Shown here: piece after piece, positions 1-12,366 of the stretch | Position numbering within the stretch: the stretch's first letter is position 1 | Layout of the letters: the number at the start of each line of letters is the position of its first letter | DNA from: Carcharhinus longimanus | Lineage: Eukaryota | Assembly (NCBI GenBank): GCA_030264375.1 | Contig: JASCQW010000001.1 | Location: 87,257,657-87,321,656 of the forward strand | Reading direction: 5' to 3' | Length of the DNA: 64,000 nucleotides | The notes under the pieces: model-generated | What the model was told of the DNA's origin: nothing | The model's input: only the letters and a program-made list of their open reading frames with translations | The model's database searches: none | Made by a program: the position numbers and the translations under genes

Positions 1-61
1 TTCCCGATAATTACATTGAAACCATATTTAAAATAACTTAAAACAGATTCAAATGGCTTAC

Positions 62-189
62 CTGTCTTCCCGCCAGTTTCCAGCATGGTCTGTTCGGTGA
101 CCATTCGCTGGCTCTGGGAGATGTGCATAATTCCCAGCACATGAACAAGTCCTGGAACAACACGAGCAACACGCATCTCTCATCGTGAC
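62..189 (-). CDS. Candidate exon containing a start codon; probable signal-peptide exon of an unidentified secreted/ECM gene
   Basis: Minus strand has acceptor ACTTTTCTGGCAG|G at 189 and consensus donor ACAG|GTAAGC at 62/61. The exon is CpG-rich relative to its flanks and not repeat-like. ATG at 176 gives MRVARVVPGLVHVLGIMHISQSQRMVTEQTMLETGGKT followed by a phase-1 intron. An alternative ATG at 183 gives a Cys-rich frame (MRDACCSCCSRTCSC...). Confidence 0.55.
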
Positions 190-1089
190 CTGCCAGAAAA
201 GTTGCAGTCGTGAAGGGAGAATTGCAGCTGGAGTTTCTTTCTAACATATTTAAAACCTGACCACAGTAGGCTTGAAATTGCACATTTGTTCAACAATGCA
301 AGTTATATGTCTACACTTACACACCTTGGATAGAATTTAATCCTCTCACCCCCAAATCCCTAACTCCGAGTGTAAGCTGGGAATTGGGAAGGATGTATAA
401 TCAGATGGTAAGGCTCAGGATGGAGAAGGCTTCACCTTCCCAATACCTCCCAATTATATCAAGGTTGTGAAGGATGGCATTCCTGTCCAGAGGACAATTG
501 AGGTCACTAAATGGCCAGTTAGAGGTCTCATCTTGCCACGACTCATAAAATGGCTGCTGCTCTGAAGTGCGCTGCAGCTCCACATTGTATGTCCTGGCAT
601 GACTGCAGTTGAAGGGCTGTCAGCCCTCTGATCAGTTGTCAGAGATAGGATCTTCTCCTTTAAAGGTACAGGAATCCAGAAGGAAGGCAGTTAACTAGCT
701 GATTGGCATTTAATTCCATCGGCTTTCCATCAGAAATGGTTGGGGCAAGGTTGCTAATGTCTTCCTGGCCAGTCAATAGGGTCAAGATCTTGGCCATTGA
801 ATTCAACCCCATATGTATTAGTAACAGCAACGTCAATTACAACAGGGTAACAACTTCAGGGTACGCAACATATGGAAGATGTATGGAAATATATATATGA
901 TATCCCCATCACAGATCTTCCCTTTTGTTCTCTCTTCATACCGCTATGGGCATGAACCTAATAATGTCACTGGTAAGGGGCAGGGAAGATCCGTGATCGC
1001 AATCTCACTGGTGAGATCTGCAATTTCTGGATCTTGAGACTATGCCGGCTTTAGCAAGGACGGCGCACATGCACTCAAGATTGTCCCCA

Positions 1090-1466
1090 TAGGATTCTCA
1101 GGATGATTGACAAGGTAAATGCTGAGACGATGTTTCCTCTTGTGAAAGAGTCTAGGACTAGAGGACATAATCTCAGGATAAAGGGTCACCCACTTCAAAC
1201 AGAGATGAGGAGGAATTTTGTCACTCAGAGGATGGTGCATTGGTGGAATTCTTTACCGCAGAGAGTCATGGAGGTTGCATTCAATAAGTAAGTTCAAGGC
1301 TGAGATGCACAGATTTTTGATCAGTCAGGGAACCAAGGTTTATGAGGGTAAAACAGGAAAGTGGAGTTGAGAATCCTATCAGATCAGCTGATTCTCATTG
1401 AATGGTGGAGCAGAGTGGATGGGCTGAATGGCCTACTTCTGTTCCTACTTGTTATGGTCTTATGGA
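1090..1466 (+). mobile_element. CR1 LINE 3' fragment
   Basis: ORF 1103-1291 reads as CR1 ORF2 C-terminus (SRTRGHNLRIKG...RRNFVTQRMVHWWNSLP). It is followed by the CR1 tail GGGCTGAATGGCCTACTTCTGTTCCT...TTATGGTCTTATGG. Confidence 0.9.
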
Positions 1467-1579
1467 CTGCAGATTTTGGTGCCCACCGTTCGCCCATTTA
1501 TGGTATTGCAGATACCTGCCCTATTTTACATGCACCCACTAGGCCCCGACAGGGGCATCTGAAATGCAGGCCTCTGTTT

Positions 1580-1670
1580 CTTTCTCCACAGATATTTGCT
1601 TGATTTGCTAAGCATTTTCAGCATTTTTTGTTTTAATTTCAGATTTCCAGCATCTGTGGTTTTTTTATCT
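1580..1670 (+). repeat. Decayed Penelope terminal-repeat fragment
   Basis: CTCCACAGAT...CAGCATTTTTTGTTTTAATTTCAGATTTCCAGCATCTG matches the end of the Penelope copy at 5215-5286. Confidence 0.6.
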
Positions 1671-3522
1671 TTTGCGCTAGGACACTAACAATCACTAGTT
1701 GCAGATCTCCTACACATACTTTGGGTCACTCTTGCCCAGGAAATAGGGTTATATCTATAAATCACAATTGTTTTTATTCTAAAATTGCTACTGACCAAGT
1801 AAACTGAAAATATTTCTACTTCTGTGGGTACAGTGACCTCGATATTAATCCCTTTATAGTGAGTGGGAAAGGTCCCACACTGGGGTTAAAAAATCAAATG
1901 CACACAAAATGACCCCAACCAACTGTGCACACACCCACCACCACCGTTACATNNNNNNNNNNNNNNNNNNNNNNNNNNNNNNNNNNNNNNNNNNNNNNNN
2001 NNNNNNNNNNNNNNNNNNNNNNNNNNNNNNNNNNNNNNNNNNNNNNNNNNNNNNNNNNNNNNNNNNNNNNNNNNNNNNNNNNNNNNNNNNNNNNNNNNNN
2101 NNNNNNNNNNNNNNNNNNNNNNNNNNNNNNNNNNNNNNNNNNNNNNNNNNNNNNNNNNNNNNNNNNNNNNNNNNNNNNNNNNNNNNNNNNNNNNNNNNNN
2201 NNNNNNNNNNNNNNNNNNNNNNNNNNNNNNNNNNNNNNNNNNNNNNNNNNNNNNNNNNNNNNNNNNNNNNNNNNNNNNNNNNNNNNNNNNNNNNNNNNNN
2301 NNNNNNNNNNNNNNNNNNNNNNNNNNNNNNNNNNNNNNNNNNNNNNNNNNNNNNNNNNNNNNNNNNNNNNTCCCAAAATGTAATGTCTATTGCCCTCAAG
2401 TTTTTTTTTTCCCCCCACAGAGAAAATGGCATGAACTGTGTCCTGGAGGGTGGGATATCCAGATCCCAGGCCCCAGCACCATTTTGACCAAGGCACCGAG
2501 TCCTTCTGAGTTAACAGAATTTAGGTTTACATGTTCAGAAATGATTTGCAGCAGGAATACTGAAGGTAATAAATTATCAACACTGTCAATGTCAAAGAAA
2601 TATTAATATTTATCTTAGTAAAGCAACTAATTAAACTTAGCACTTAAGGAGATTGTCTTACTAAACCATCAGTCACATCCAAATGACGAATTTTAAGTTT
2701 GGATGAGGAAAACTCTTTTAAACTTTGCAGTGTGTGCCTCAATTTAAAATAATAAAAACTTTGAAAATATCTGGCTTGAATCATAAACTTTGAAGTCAAG
2801 GTATCACAATCAAAAATCTAAAGCCCAATGAGAAATATTAGATGATGACAGTTTAATCTATCCTTTGGTAAAGTTGTTATGATGGATGTGTAATCATATG
2901 CATGAAGTGTTGTTGGGAAAATAGCAAGTAACTGTTTAGTTCTCTGATCGTGTATATAGCAATGTGTCTAGAGTGACAATATATATGCAAATATTGATTT
3001 TGGAGCTTACACCTGATTCTTGCAGAATAATTTAACATTAAGAATTTTAAAATATTCTAACAGGGAANNNNNNNNNNNNNNNNNNNNNNNNNNNNNNNNN
3101 NNNNNNNNNNNNNNNNNNNNNNNNNNNNNNNNNNNNNNNNNNNNNNNNNNNNNNNNNNNNNNNNNNNAGAAAAGTAATTTTTATACACAGCTTGAAAGCA
3201 ACCTTTCAACCTGTTTATTTTATTCATATCAGGTAGTATATTGCACAAAAAACAAAGCTCTAATCACTATACAATCATTTTGCGACAAAGTCATGAAACT
3301 TCACTGTTATTGCTTTCATGAGAGAAAAATATCTTATTATTACCAGAGGGAAACCCTGGTAAGGTAACCTGTTAAGACTCCCCACACCATCAACTAATTA
3401 AGAGTCCTTTTTCAGACATAAATCCTTGCTGATTAAAGATAATGAGGAGACTATTTAGAGGTACTGTAACTCCATCTACAAGAACATAGATTTACACAGA
3501 GCGTGTGCTAATTCACATGGCT

Positions 3523-3585
3523 GTATATATATAGGTATATGTATACATATATAGATATATATAGAGAGAGAGAGGGAGAGAGAGA
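3523..3585. repeat. Compound (TA)n/(GA)n microsatellite
   Basis: Directly visible: TATATATATAGG...ATATAGAGAGAGAGAGGGAGAGAGAGA. Confidence 0.9.
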
Positions 3586-4679
3586 TACTTGTTCACTTAT
3601 GAACTGAAGGATCTGCCTTTATCAATAGACAATTATAAGTGTGTGAAATAACCATTCAAAATAGGCACCTCCTAATTCACTATTTTACATTTTTTCACAA
3701 TTTATTTCCTGGACATTGAAACGCTACATTATACAATATAACAAAAGAGACATGAACAAAACATTTATCTCAGCTTCTGAAAGGTTCTGGAGGAAGTTTT
3801 TTTTGGCTGTAATTTCAAAGCTGAATAGATGAGCAGCCTGGAAATCAAAAATTCTGGGACATTGCCAGAGAGTCAAAGCTATGGAGCAAATGATCAAAGC
3901 TATAGAGTTCTCCTCTCAGCAGATTACAAATAGTTTTCAATCAAAAACTTGATTCCAAAATCTCAAGAAATTACCTACTTTTTTGACAGAGTACTCTGGC
4001 TTGGGTTCATTCATTACAAAACTTGTGTTAAATAGCCAATAAGAGAAACAGAAAATGATGGAAGTACTATACTCAGCAAGTCGGAGAGAGAGAGAAACAG
4101 AGTTATTGGGAGGTATTTTCTGGCCATTGGCTGGCAGCGGGATCTTCCCAATCCGCAAACATGACTGCCTGGAGCCTATGTCCCAGCATCCCAGGAAAAG
4201 GTAAGTTTTGGGAGTCGCAGATTGGGGAGAGTAAGGGATGTCTGGGGGACGGACAATATGTGTTTGGGATGTAGGGGACAGGCCAGGGCTGCGGGGGAGG
4301 CTGTGTGTTGGGTGTTGGTGAAGAGGCTGTGGTGAGGAAAGGTAACAGCGATTCCTGGATCTTAATAGTGGGTTTCTGAGGGGCCACGTTCATACCCAGG
4401 GCCTAAGCCCAATTATTTTCAAGCTTTCCCCCATACCCAGAAATTGAGATTAGGTGGGAAGCAGCCCTTCAGTGGTAAATAACCAGTCACTTAAGGGCCT
4501 CAACTGGGATAAGGATGGACAGCCCATCTGAAGCCTTGATCATCACAGCATGAAATTGACATGAGATTGGGACAGGTGGGAACACAGGGGACACATATTT
4601 GTGCTATTTCACATTTACCTCCCACCTACAAACCCACGGGCAGAGGAGCATAAGATTCAGGCAATGGTCTTTGTCACAT

Positions 4680-5290
4680 TTGGGAGGCTTTGGGGAACAC
4701 CTCCTGTCAATCAGCAAGTAGGATGCTGAGCTTCGCATTTTAATTCCCTGTTCCACTTTCACTAACCTTTCTGTTCTTGGCCCCCAGCAGCGTTCCAATG
4801 AATCCCAAATAAACTTTGAAGAACAGCATCCCATCTTTTGATTTGGATCTTCACAGCCTTCATAACTCAACAGTGAGTTCAACAAGTTTGGATCACAACC
4901 ACTGCTCCCATTGTTTTTAGAAGATGAGTTATTGGAAATGATTCTGTTACCGCTATTTATACCTTCTTCAGACTGTTCCTTTTTTTCTTTATTTGTCCCA
5001 TTACCATCTTTTACCTCAAACTGAAATTTAATCACTTCTGTCTTTCAATTTACCTTTTAGTTCTTTCTCCCCACCACCTACCCACACCCTTCCCCCACAT
5101 TCACACACACTTTATCCTGTCTCTGTACTTGTTTAAAACCTGTTAACAGCACTAATGTTTTTGCAGTTTTAATGAAAGATCATCAACTTGAAATGTTAAC
5201 TTCATTATTTTTCTTTCTACAGCTGCTGCCTGACCTTCAGAACATTTCCAGAATGTTCTGCTTTTATTGCAGATTTCCAGCATCTATGGA
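4680..5290 (+). mobile_element. Penelope-like retroelement 3' fragment (GIY-YIG C-terminus plus terminal repeat)
   Basis: The plus frame at about 4814-4890 reads FEEQHPIF*FGSSQPS*LNSEFNKF, a decayed form of the PLE endonuclease end (LEEQHLIFRLG.LQP.GLN.EFNNF). A pyrimidine-rich UTR and terminal repeat follow at 5140-5290. Confidence 0.75.
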
Positions 5291-5295
5291 ATTCT

Positions 5296-5537
5296 GGCGG
5301 CATGGTGGCACAGTGGTTAGCATTGTTATCTGTGTGGAGTTTGCACATTCTCCACATGTCTGTGTGGATTTCCTTTGGATGCTCCAATTTCCTCCTATAG
5401 TCTGAAAGATGTGCTGGTTAGGTGGAATGACCCGAATAGGTGCTGGAGTGTGGCGACTAGGGGAATTTCACAATAACTTCATTGCAGTGTTAATGTAAGC
5501 CTTGTGACTAATAAATAAACTTTAACTTTTAACTTTA
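5296..5537 (+). mobile_element. V-SINE (HE1-type head, alternative 3' tail), internally deleted
   Basis: tRNA-like head GGCGGCATGGTGGCACAGTGGTTAGCA, V-domain-like body, and tail GTGTGGCGACTAGGGGAATTTCACAATAACTTCATTGCAGTG...TGTGACTAATAAATAAACTTTAACTTT. Confidence 0.85.
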
Positions 5538-7458
5538 TTTCTTTTCTTTATAGTTCATTAAGCAAGGTTTCAAAGAGAAATTGTGCAGTCAAAAGTGAGG
5601 ACCAAGAGGTGAATTATAGGCCTTTTATTCTGGGCACTGATTAGTCTCGGAAACTTTGCAGTCTGCAGTAAGCATTTTCACCGTGGTGATGGGGAAGGAT
5701 AATTCTGACGGATTCCTCCTGGTGAGACACAGTGTTAAATTATAAAACTGTAAATCCATTGGGACTAACTTTAACTCCAAACCAAAGCATCCTTTTCTGA
5801 GAAATTGAAGGATTAAGTGTATGCCTGTCTTGAATATTGGGTCATTAGGGACAAAAAAGGAATCACTCCGGAAGGTCCTAACTCCAATTCCCTCAAGGAA
5901 AAACAAATTGATTCCATTTGTCTTGGGACACTTCGTCTACACCACATGCAGTGGCCCAATGTCCATGATAATACTTTATGTAAATAGGCTGGACACTAAT
6001 CTCTCTGACAGCAGGGAATACCTTCGAGAGGATACTGATTCTCAGAGGAAAAGTATTAGACAGCAACCAACATGTTTTTGGTCATGAAGAAATTGACAGT
6101 GATGACCTGTAGATTTTCTCAAACGGAAGGCCTACAGCTAGAATTTGATTTTGATCATTACTGTGACTTTCGACCACTGTGCTACAAATGTACAACTGTA
6201 TTTCTGTTACCCCTGGTACTGTAGCCATTCAATGTAGACAGGTTGAAGGAGCTGCACTGCTGGTCAAGAAAAACATCTGGTCAGTGTAAAGTACAATTAG
6301 TGTCTACTAGACCGTTGCCAGAAGGGAGAACTGGAATTGTTTGTAAGGTATATTATTGAAGGGGCAATCTTTGGAGAAAGATAACAATTTTGTTGATAGA
6401 TTGAACAAGGGTGAATTCAGATATCCCCAAATTATTCTTTTGGAAAATACCTTGGATTAATCTGAATTGTTTATTTCTCATTATATTGTGGTTGCCTTCG
6501 CCTTTTCTCCCTCTCCTTTTCAGTGTCAATATTAAGCATTCACAAGCCAGAAGTACGGCAACAAAACAAAACAAAGGATGCAGAAAATACTTAGCAGAGC
6601 AGTAAGTGCCTGTGAAGAGAATCGATAAATTCATGTTTCAGGTGTAGACATTTTGTCAAAGATAAAAGCTTCAAGCTCTAAGGATGTGTACTTTTCTTCA
6701 GTAATATATAGTTCCTGTATCATGGGAGAATTTCTGCCAGGGAGAGAGAAGTATTTACTTGATGGAGATTGCTTTTCATAATTGCATATCTAGTGGAACT
6801 TGTTGAAACAGGTTTTGTTATGGTGAGACCATGTTTAGAATAATATATGAGACTGGCCTTTGACTTAGGTTGTGACTCTGTTTTATATTATTTTATTTGT
6901 AGTTGTTATATTCAATATTGAATTCAAATTTGATAATGATGAGGACAAAGCTTATGACTAGAATCTTGTAATAAATATTTTGCCTCTGATGGTCTAATTT
7001 TCTCCTTTGAATCTGTAGAGAACAGCTGGAAGAAACATTGCTGGAGATCAGTTATTCAAAGGGAAAATTAAAGGATGCAGAGTTTTGGATGAAAGCTGAC
7101 AGCTGGGTAAAGACAATTGCTAAGGTAGCTCCAAGAATTGCTTCCTTCAGTGAAGGATATGTGGAGGTCAGGCATAGCATGTGTTACAGAACAAAATAGC
7201 ATTTCTTGTGATGGAGTGATTCTCTGAAGCAGTCATCACTGAAAGAAGCAAACTGCAAAAAGCTACCCATTGATCATGGGGGCAAGTGACCAAAACATTC
7301 TGAGGAGGAATGCGAAGAAAGGTTCTGTAAATTATATGTTGACCACTGAAAAGAAGGAAATGACTTAACAGTGCACACCCCAAGTATTTGCGCAACATTA
7401 TGACACCACATCTCGCTACAGTCTGCAAAGAATTTTCCAAACATTCACATCTAACAAA

Positions 7459-7785
7459 GGGCTGCACGGTGGCACAGTGATTAGCACTGCTGCCTCACGT
7501 TGCCAAGGACCAATGTTCAGTTCTGGCCTTGAGTCTGTGTGGAGTTTGTACATTCGCCCCATGTTTGCATGGATTTCCTGTGGATGCTCCAGTTTCCTCC
7601 CAAAGTTGTGGGGGTTAGGTTGATTGGCTATGCTAAATTGCCCTTTGGTGACCCAAGATGTGTGGGTTAAGTGGATTACCAATGATATAGGGCAGGGAGG
7701 TGGGTCTCGGTAAGATATTTTGTGGGAGAGTTGGTGCAGACTCAATGGGCCAAATGGCCTCCTTCTGCACTGTAGGAATTCTATG
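7459..7785 (+). mobile_element. HE1-type V-SINE
   Basis: GGGCTGCACGGTGGCACAGTGATTAGCACTGCTGCCTCAC head, V-domain GGTTAGGTTGATTGGCTATGCTAAATTGCCC, and CR1-derived tail GGGCCAAATGGCCTCCTTCTGCACTGTAGGAATTCTATG. Confidence 0.92.
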
Positions 7786-7814
7786 GAAAGTCTTACCCCT
7801 TTTTAAAATATATT

Positions 7815-7915
7815 CTTCCACAGGATGTGGGTGTTGCCAGCCTGCCTACATTTTTTCCCATCCCTGATTGCAATTGAGAACATGATGGGGAGACATCTTC
7901 TTCAACCACTGCAGT
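7815..7915 (-). mobile_element. 3' tail fragment of the LINE family seen at 49960-51437
   Basis: The reverse complement resembles the tail at 51320-51420 (CTGCAG...AAGAAG...GGGCAATAAATGC...CCCACATCC). Confidence 0.55.
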
Positions 7916-9119
7916 GCCTTTACCTTACCCTCTCATTACAATAAATAAGATCTGACTTGTGAACTTTCATGTGTCTAAAATATAAAGACTCACTGGTTGA
8001 TACATGGCCATTTTTATATCACACACGATCAAGAGGAAAACGTTTATCCTACCATTCGCTGCTCTGATTTTCGGCCAAATCAAAAATTACGATTTCTGCG
8101 GTTAAATATTAAGCAAAGATATGGAAAAGATGGAATACAGCCTGCTGAAAAGGATGGCTTATTACAAGATGTTGAGAACATATTTAGTCTTCTTGGTGAA
8201 TGCCTTCAAGACAACTAGATGATTAGAATTAAGATTTATAGCCCAACAGTTTCTTGAAAAGTAGTAGTCTTCAAAGTCACACTATTATATCTGCTTTATC
8301 CAGAGGAAAAGGTGTTCAAATTCTGGCATTCACATTAGTTTTTTTTAATATTCTGGAGCTTATTATACTCATATATAAAGCAGCAACAACCAAAATCACA
8401 AGTGGTTTTAAATCAAAAGAACCTCCCTTGTAACTTAGTTATTGATCCAACTAATCAAAGATGTCCTATTCCTACCTCAGGCAAAGTCATACTCAAATAC
8501 AAGCTATAAAACTTTTCAACACAATTAGTTTCTTTTCAATGTACTCTTGGACAAATGTTACAGAACTTTACAATATCTATTATTATGTCAGTGCAAAATC
8601 TGAGATTTGTAATGTCCATAATTTGGCTGCATAAATCTGTTAAAAATTTGTGCACAATGTTAGCAGACAGACAGTTACATGCATTTGTGCAACATAATTT
8701 TGCTTGCTATTTTGATGGATACATTAGGTCATTTAACATAAATAGGTTAATGGATTTGTTAATATCGCAATGTAGTATCTCATAAACACATTAAATGTTT
8801 CTGTGCTAATATCATGGTGTCATTTTGGCATCCAAAAGTTTCATCATTATTTATAAACTCGTCATTTCACATCATTGACTGATCAAGTACACTTTACTAT
8901 TATGTTTGGGCTGTATAAAGGGAATAGCTTTGTTATCTGCTAGTTGATTACAAAGATGGTCACTGATCTGAACTGTACATTTTTACGGTATAAAATATTG
9001 TCAATCAGAATGCCATGCTAGTGCTGATGCATTATCATGCTTACCTTTGCCTATTGAGCAGATACCACCCATTCATTTTGCTAATATTCTTTATTTTTCA
9101 CTGGTAGCTTTTGTAACAG

Positions 9120-11219
9120 CTTCTCAAGTTCAGAAGCATGCATCATGATCCCATGATGGGGAAGGTGATGGATATGGTATTGAAAGGAATGATAGCTGGA
9201 ATGCATCATATGCTCCTGATTTGAAATCATATGTGTCAAGAAAGCTCTAGTTGACTGTCCAAGATAGGTGTCTATTGTGGGCAATCCGAGTGACTGTTCC
9301 TTCTAGTCTACTTAGAAGAGTTCTTGAACAATTACGTGAAGGTCATCCTATTATGGTCTGGACAAAGGACTTAGCATGTAGTTATTGTTGATGGCTGGGT
9401 CTGGATTCTCAGATTGAAGAAAAGGTGGGACAGTATCAATCCCGTGTTGTCCCCTTTACACCCTTGGAAGTGGCCTAAAATGTCATGGCAATAATTGCAT
9501 GTGGATTTTTCCGGTCTATTTGAGTTTAGTTTTCCTTAGTTTTAAATGAAGCAGACTCAGAGTATCCAGAAGTTGTAATCATGCAATCTGCTACATCTGA
9601 AAAANNNNNNNNNNNNNNNNNNNNNNNNNNNNNNNNNNNNNNNNNNNNNNNNNNNNNNNNNNNNNNNNNNNNNNNNNNNNNNNNNNNNNNNNNNNNNNNN
9701 NNNNCAGACTCAGATTATCCAGAAGTTGTAATCATGCAATCTGCTACATCTGAAAAAAATTATTGAAAAACTCGATGACATTTTTGTGAGATTTGATAAG
9801 CTGGAACAGACTATTAATGACAATTGTTCACAGTTTACTTCATAATAAAGAAATAGTATTCAGCATATATAATCAGCACCTTATCATCCATCAACCAATG
9901 GATTAGCTGAAAAATTCATACAATCTTTGAATCATTATTTAAAAGCTTCAAAAGAACATGGTCTGTTATCACATTGTATGAGTAGCTTGTTTGGTTCTTA
10001 CAGAAACACAACTAATGCAACTAACCAAAGTTCACCTGCATTATTATTCTTGAAGAGAAAATTGACAACTATGTTTGATTTGTTATTACCTCCAGAAACT
10101 TCAGAGGTAGTAGAACTTTAGCAACAATCTTGGAATGCTAGATGAGAAGTGAAGGCAAAACAATGTTCATTTTAACAAGGAGATCAAGTAGGAGGCTGTA
10201 ATTTTGCCATGAGTGAGAAATGGTACCAGCTATAGTTTTAGCAGAAACAGATCCAATTCATTTCACGGTTCAAACCAAAGGTAAATTAGTTTGATAATGC
10301 AATGTTAATCAATTATTGACATCTTGAAATTATTTTTTAGAATCATCTCCAGAAGTACCACCTTCTTTAATCCCTAAGTCTTGTGAATACTACAATAGAA
10401 GACTCAGCTGAATCTGAGTTGCTTGATGATTGTGTTTCTGCTGCTATAACATGTGAGCCTGTTGCAGAATTAGTTCCAACAGAAGAAGTGACTACTGAAG
10501 TTCGAAATCATACTTTGATTGTCCAGGACAGTCAAATTCCAGAACGTTGTATATAACCAGGGGGAATTGACATTCTCCTGATCGACTTTCTCATTGACTG
10601 TAGATAATGCCCCAGCAAGGGGCATGCATGCGGCAGGTTGTAGTGGGCTGCTCTTGGACGTTGCTTCGGGAGTTGCCTATTGCTTCATGTCGTTGGTATG
10701 CTTAAACTGGACCATCTCGAGGGCAACATGACAGCTNNNNNNNNNNNNNNNNNNNNNNNNNNNNNNNNNNNNNNNNNNNNNNNNNNNNNNNNNNNNNNNN
10801 NNNNNNNNNNNNNNNNNNNNNNNNNNNNNNNNNNNNATGGGACGGCGGCGCGGGCTCGTTGGGCCGAAGGGCCTGTTTCCCGTGCTGTGTTGTTCTTTGT
10901 TCTTTGTTCTATGATCAATGATGCAAAGGACGATGCCTAGGTTATTATTGATTCTATATACATCATAGTAATTTGTTGTCATGATCACAGAAGTAAAGAG
11001 GAAAGGATGTTTAAAAAAGGCGAGTGGTTGCTTTAACAGCTGATCACATGATTTGATGGTGATGTAATTTAGATGTGTAATCAGATTGCTGTTTTACTTC
11101 CAAGCTTGTACTGGATGCAATGCAGAGAGCAGCTCTTCGATAAAAGTTGTTGTGTGTATGTTGAATCTTCATGTGCAAACCGTGTTCCTCCTTTTTGTTA
11201 AAACTCACAACCCCTAACA
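9120..11219 (+). mobile_element. Decayed Gypsy/Ty3 LTR retrotransposon: integrase region, polypurine tract and 3' LTR
   Basis: Broken plus frames give a zinc-finger remnant (EGHPIMVWTKDLACSYC), PLHPWKWP..LHVDFSG, DSEYPEV, DNCSQFTS and SAPYHPSTNGLAEKFIQ, all typical of the rve integrase core. A polypurine tract AAAGAGGAAAGGA precedes TG at 11008, and the putative LTR runs 11008 to about 11219. Confidence 0.88.
10610..10912 (+). mobile_element. Younger SINE/CR1-tailed insertion inside the Gypsy element (spans a gap)
   Basis: CpG-rich sequence ending in the CR1-type tail GGGCCGAAGGGCCTGTTTCCCGTGCTGTGTTGTTCTTTGTTCTTTGTTCT. Confidence 0.65.
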
Positions 11220-12284
11220 TTGTTAGGACATTACATGATTCCCTCCCTTATAGTTCAATGAGGAAAGCCACTGAACTTGCTCACGGCACAAAGCCAGCTG
11301 ATGTATAAGACCTTTAAAAATGTCAGAAGATTCTCATGCGCTACTAATTTTACCTTGACAATTGGATATAATTTTTTTTACAGTTTTTCACGAATGAGTA
11401 TTCATGGAACGCAAATTTGTCAAAAGTATGAAGCCGCCACAGGACGGCTTGACATGTCACAAACACGCTGCTGAAGTTATTTCTGCATCACAACCAGTTA
11501 TCAGGAAATTGAGATTTTTGCAAAAGTCACCTTTCACACCATGTTTACTGCTCTTGCATGCTCCTTTAAATTTTCTCCTATGTCTCATGAAATATTCCAA
11601 GACAATATCTTTGGAACTCAGAGGAAATTCAAAATTTTAATATCAAATTGACTTAAAAGAAGAACAGGTGAACAAATCTAAAAGGAAAATATCCTTTCCA
11701 CAGGATTGAAGACAGTACAGTGACATATATGAGGAAAGAGTGGGAATATCTTTCACTTCTTAATCCATCATTTGTGCTGACTTGGAACGACTATGGTGAA
11801 ATAAAATAGAATCTGTGAGAAGTTGTTCACTCTGCTATCGCAGAATAAAAATTCATTGATGTTGAAGTATAACAATGCTTTCTAAATCCACAAGGATTGA
11901 CTTTTTTTTGTTATTATAAAACATTAATGCCCAGCATAGAAAATGCCTGGAGAAGAAATAGTTCACATTGGTTTTCCTTACATGACTTAAAGTGTGGCAT
12001 ATCTCAAAAAGCATTATTTGTAGTCGAGTTGTGGTTCAGCCATGTAAAGTAAGCCTTCAGAATTGGGCCTGGTATTGTCACCTTATCTGTAAAGAAGTAT
12101 AAGCTCACAGTATTCCCAATGTATAAAATGATTGGCTAAAAACTCAAGCTTGCTTCTTAACCAGTGCTACTGTTGTCATTTATTTATTTCATTTTACTGA
12201 TAATAACAGAATCTCAAACTTACAAAATACATTGTTGTGTTTCTGTTAACTCAAACAGAAAACACTTTGATATTATGGGAAAAG

Positions 12285-12366
12285 AGGAATATCAGCCTTG
12301 ATCGAATGGCAGAGCATACTCGATGGGCGGAATGGTCTAATTCTGCCCCTATATCTTATGAACTTA
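12285..12366 (+). mobile_element. CR1 3' tail fragment
   Basis: GAATGGCAGAGCATACTCGATGGGCGGAATGGTCTAATTCTGCCCCTATATCTTATGAACTTAT. Confidence 0.75.

Noticed and set aside
1894-2496. Long ORFs spanning N runs (also near 45.0-45.5 kb, 50.2 kb, 56.0 kb, 57.2 kb)
   Set aside because: Their length comes from X codons in assembly gaps.
4604-5035. 143-aa minus-strand ORF
   Set aside because: Antisense shadow of the plus-strand Penelope fragment and its low-complexity UTR.
7459-7530. tRNA-like A/B-box sequences at SINE 5' ends
   Set aside because: These are SINE heads continuous with V-SINE bodies, not tRNA genes.
9552-9758. Direct repeat of about 53 bp (DSEYPEVVIMQSATSEK) on both sides of a 100-N gap
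   Set aside because: Near-identical sequence flanking a placeholder gap indicates an uncollapsed contig overlap, not a real duplication.
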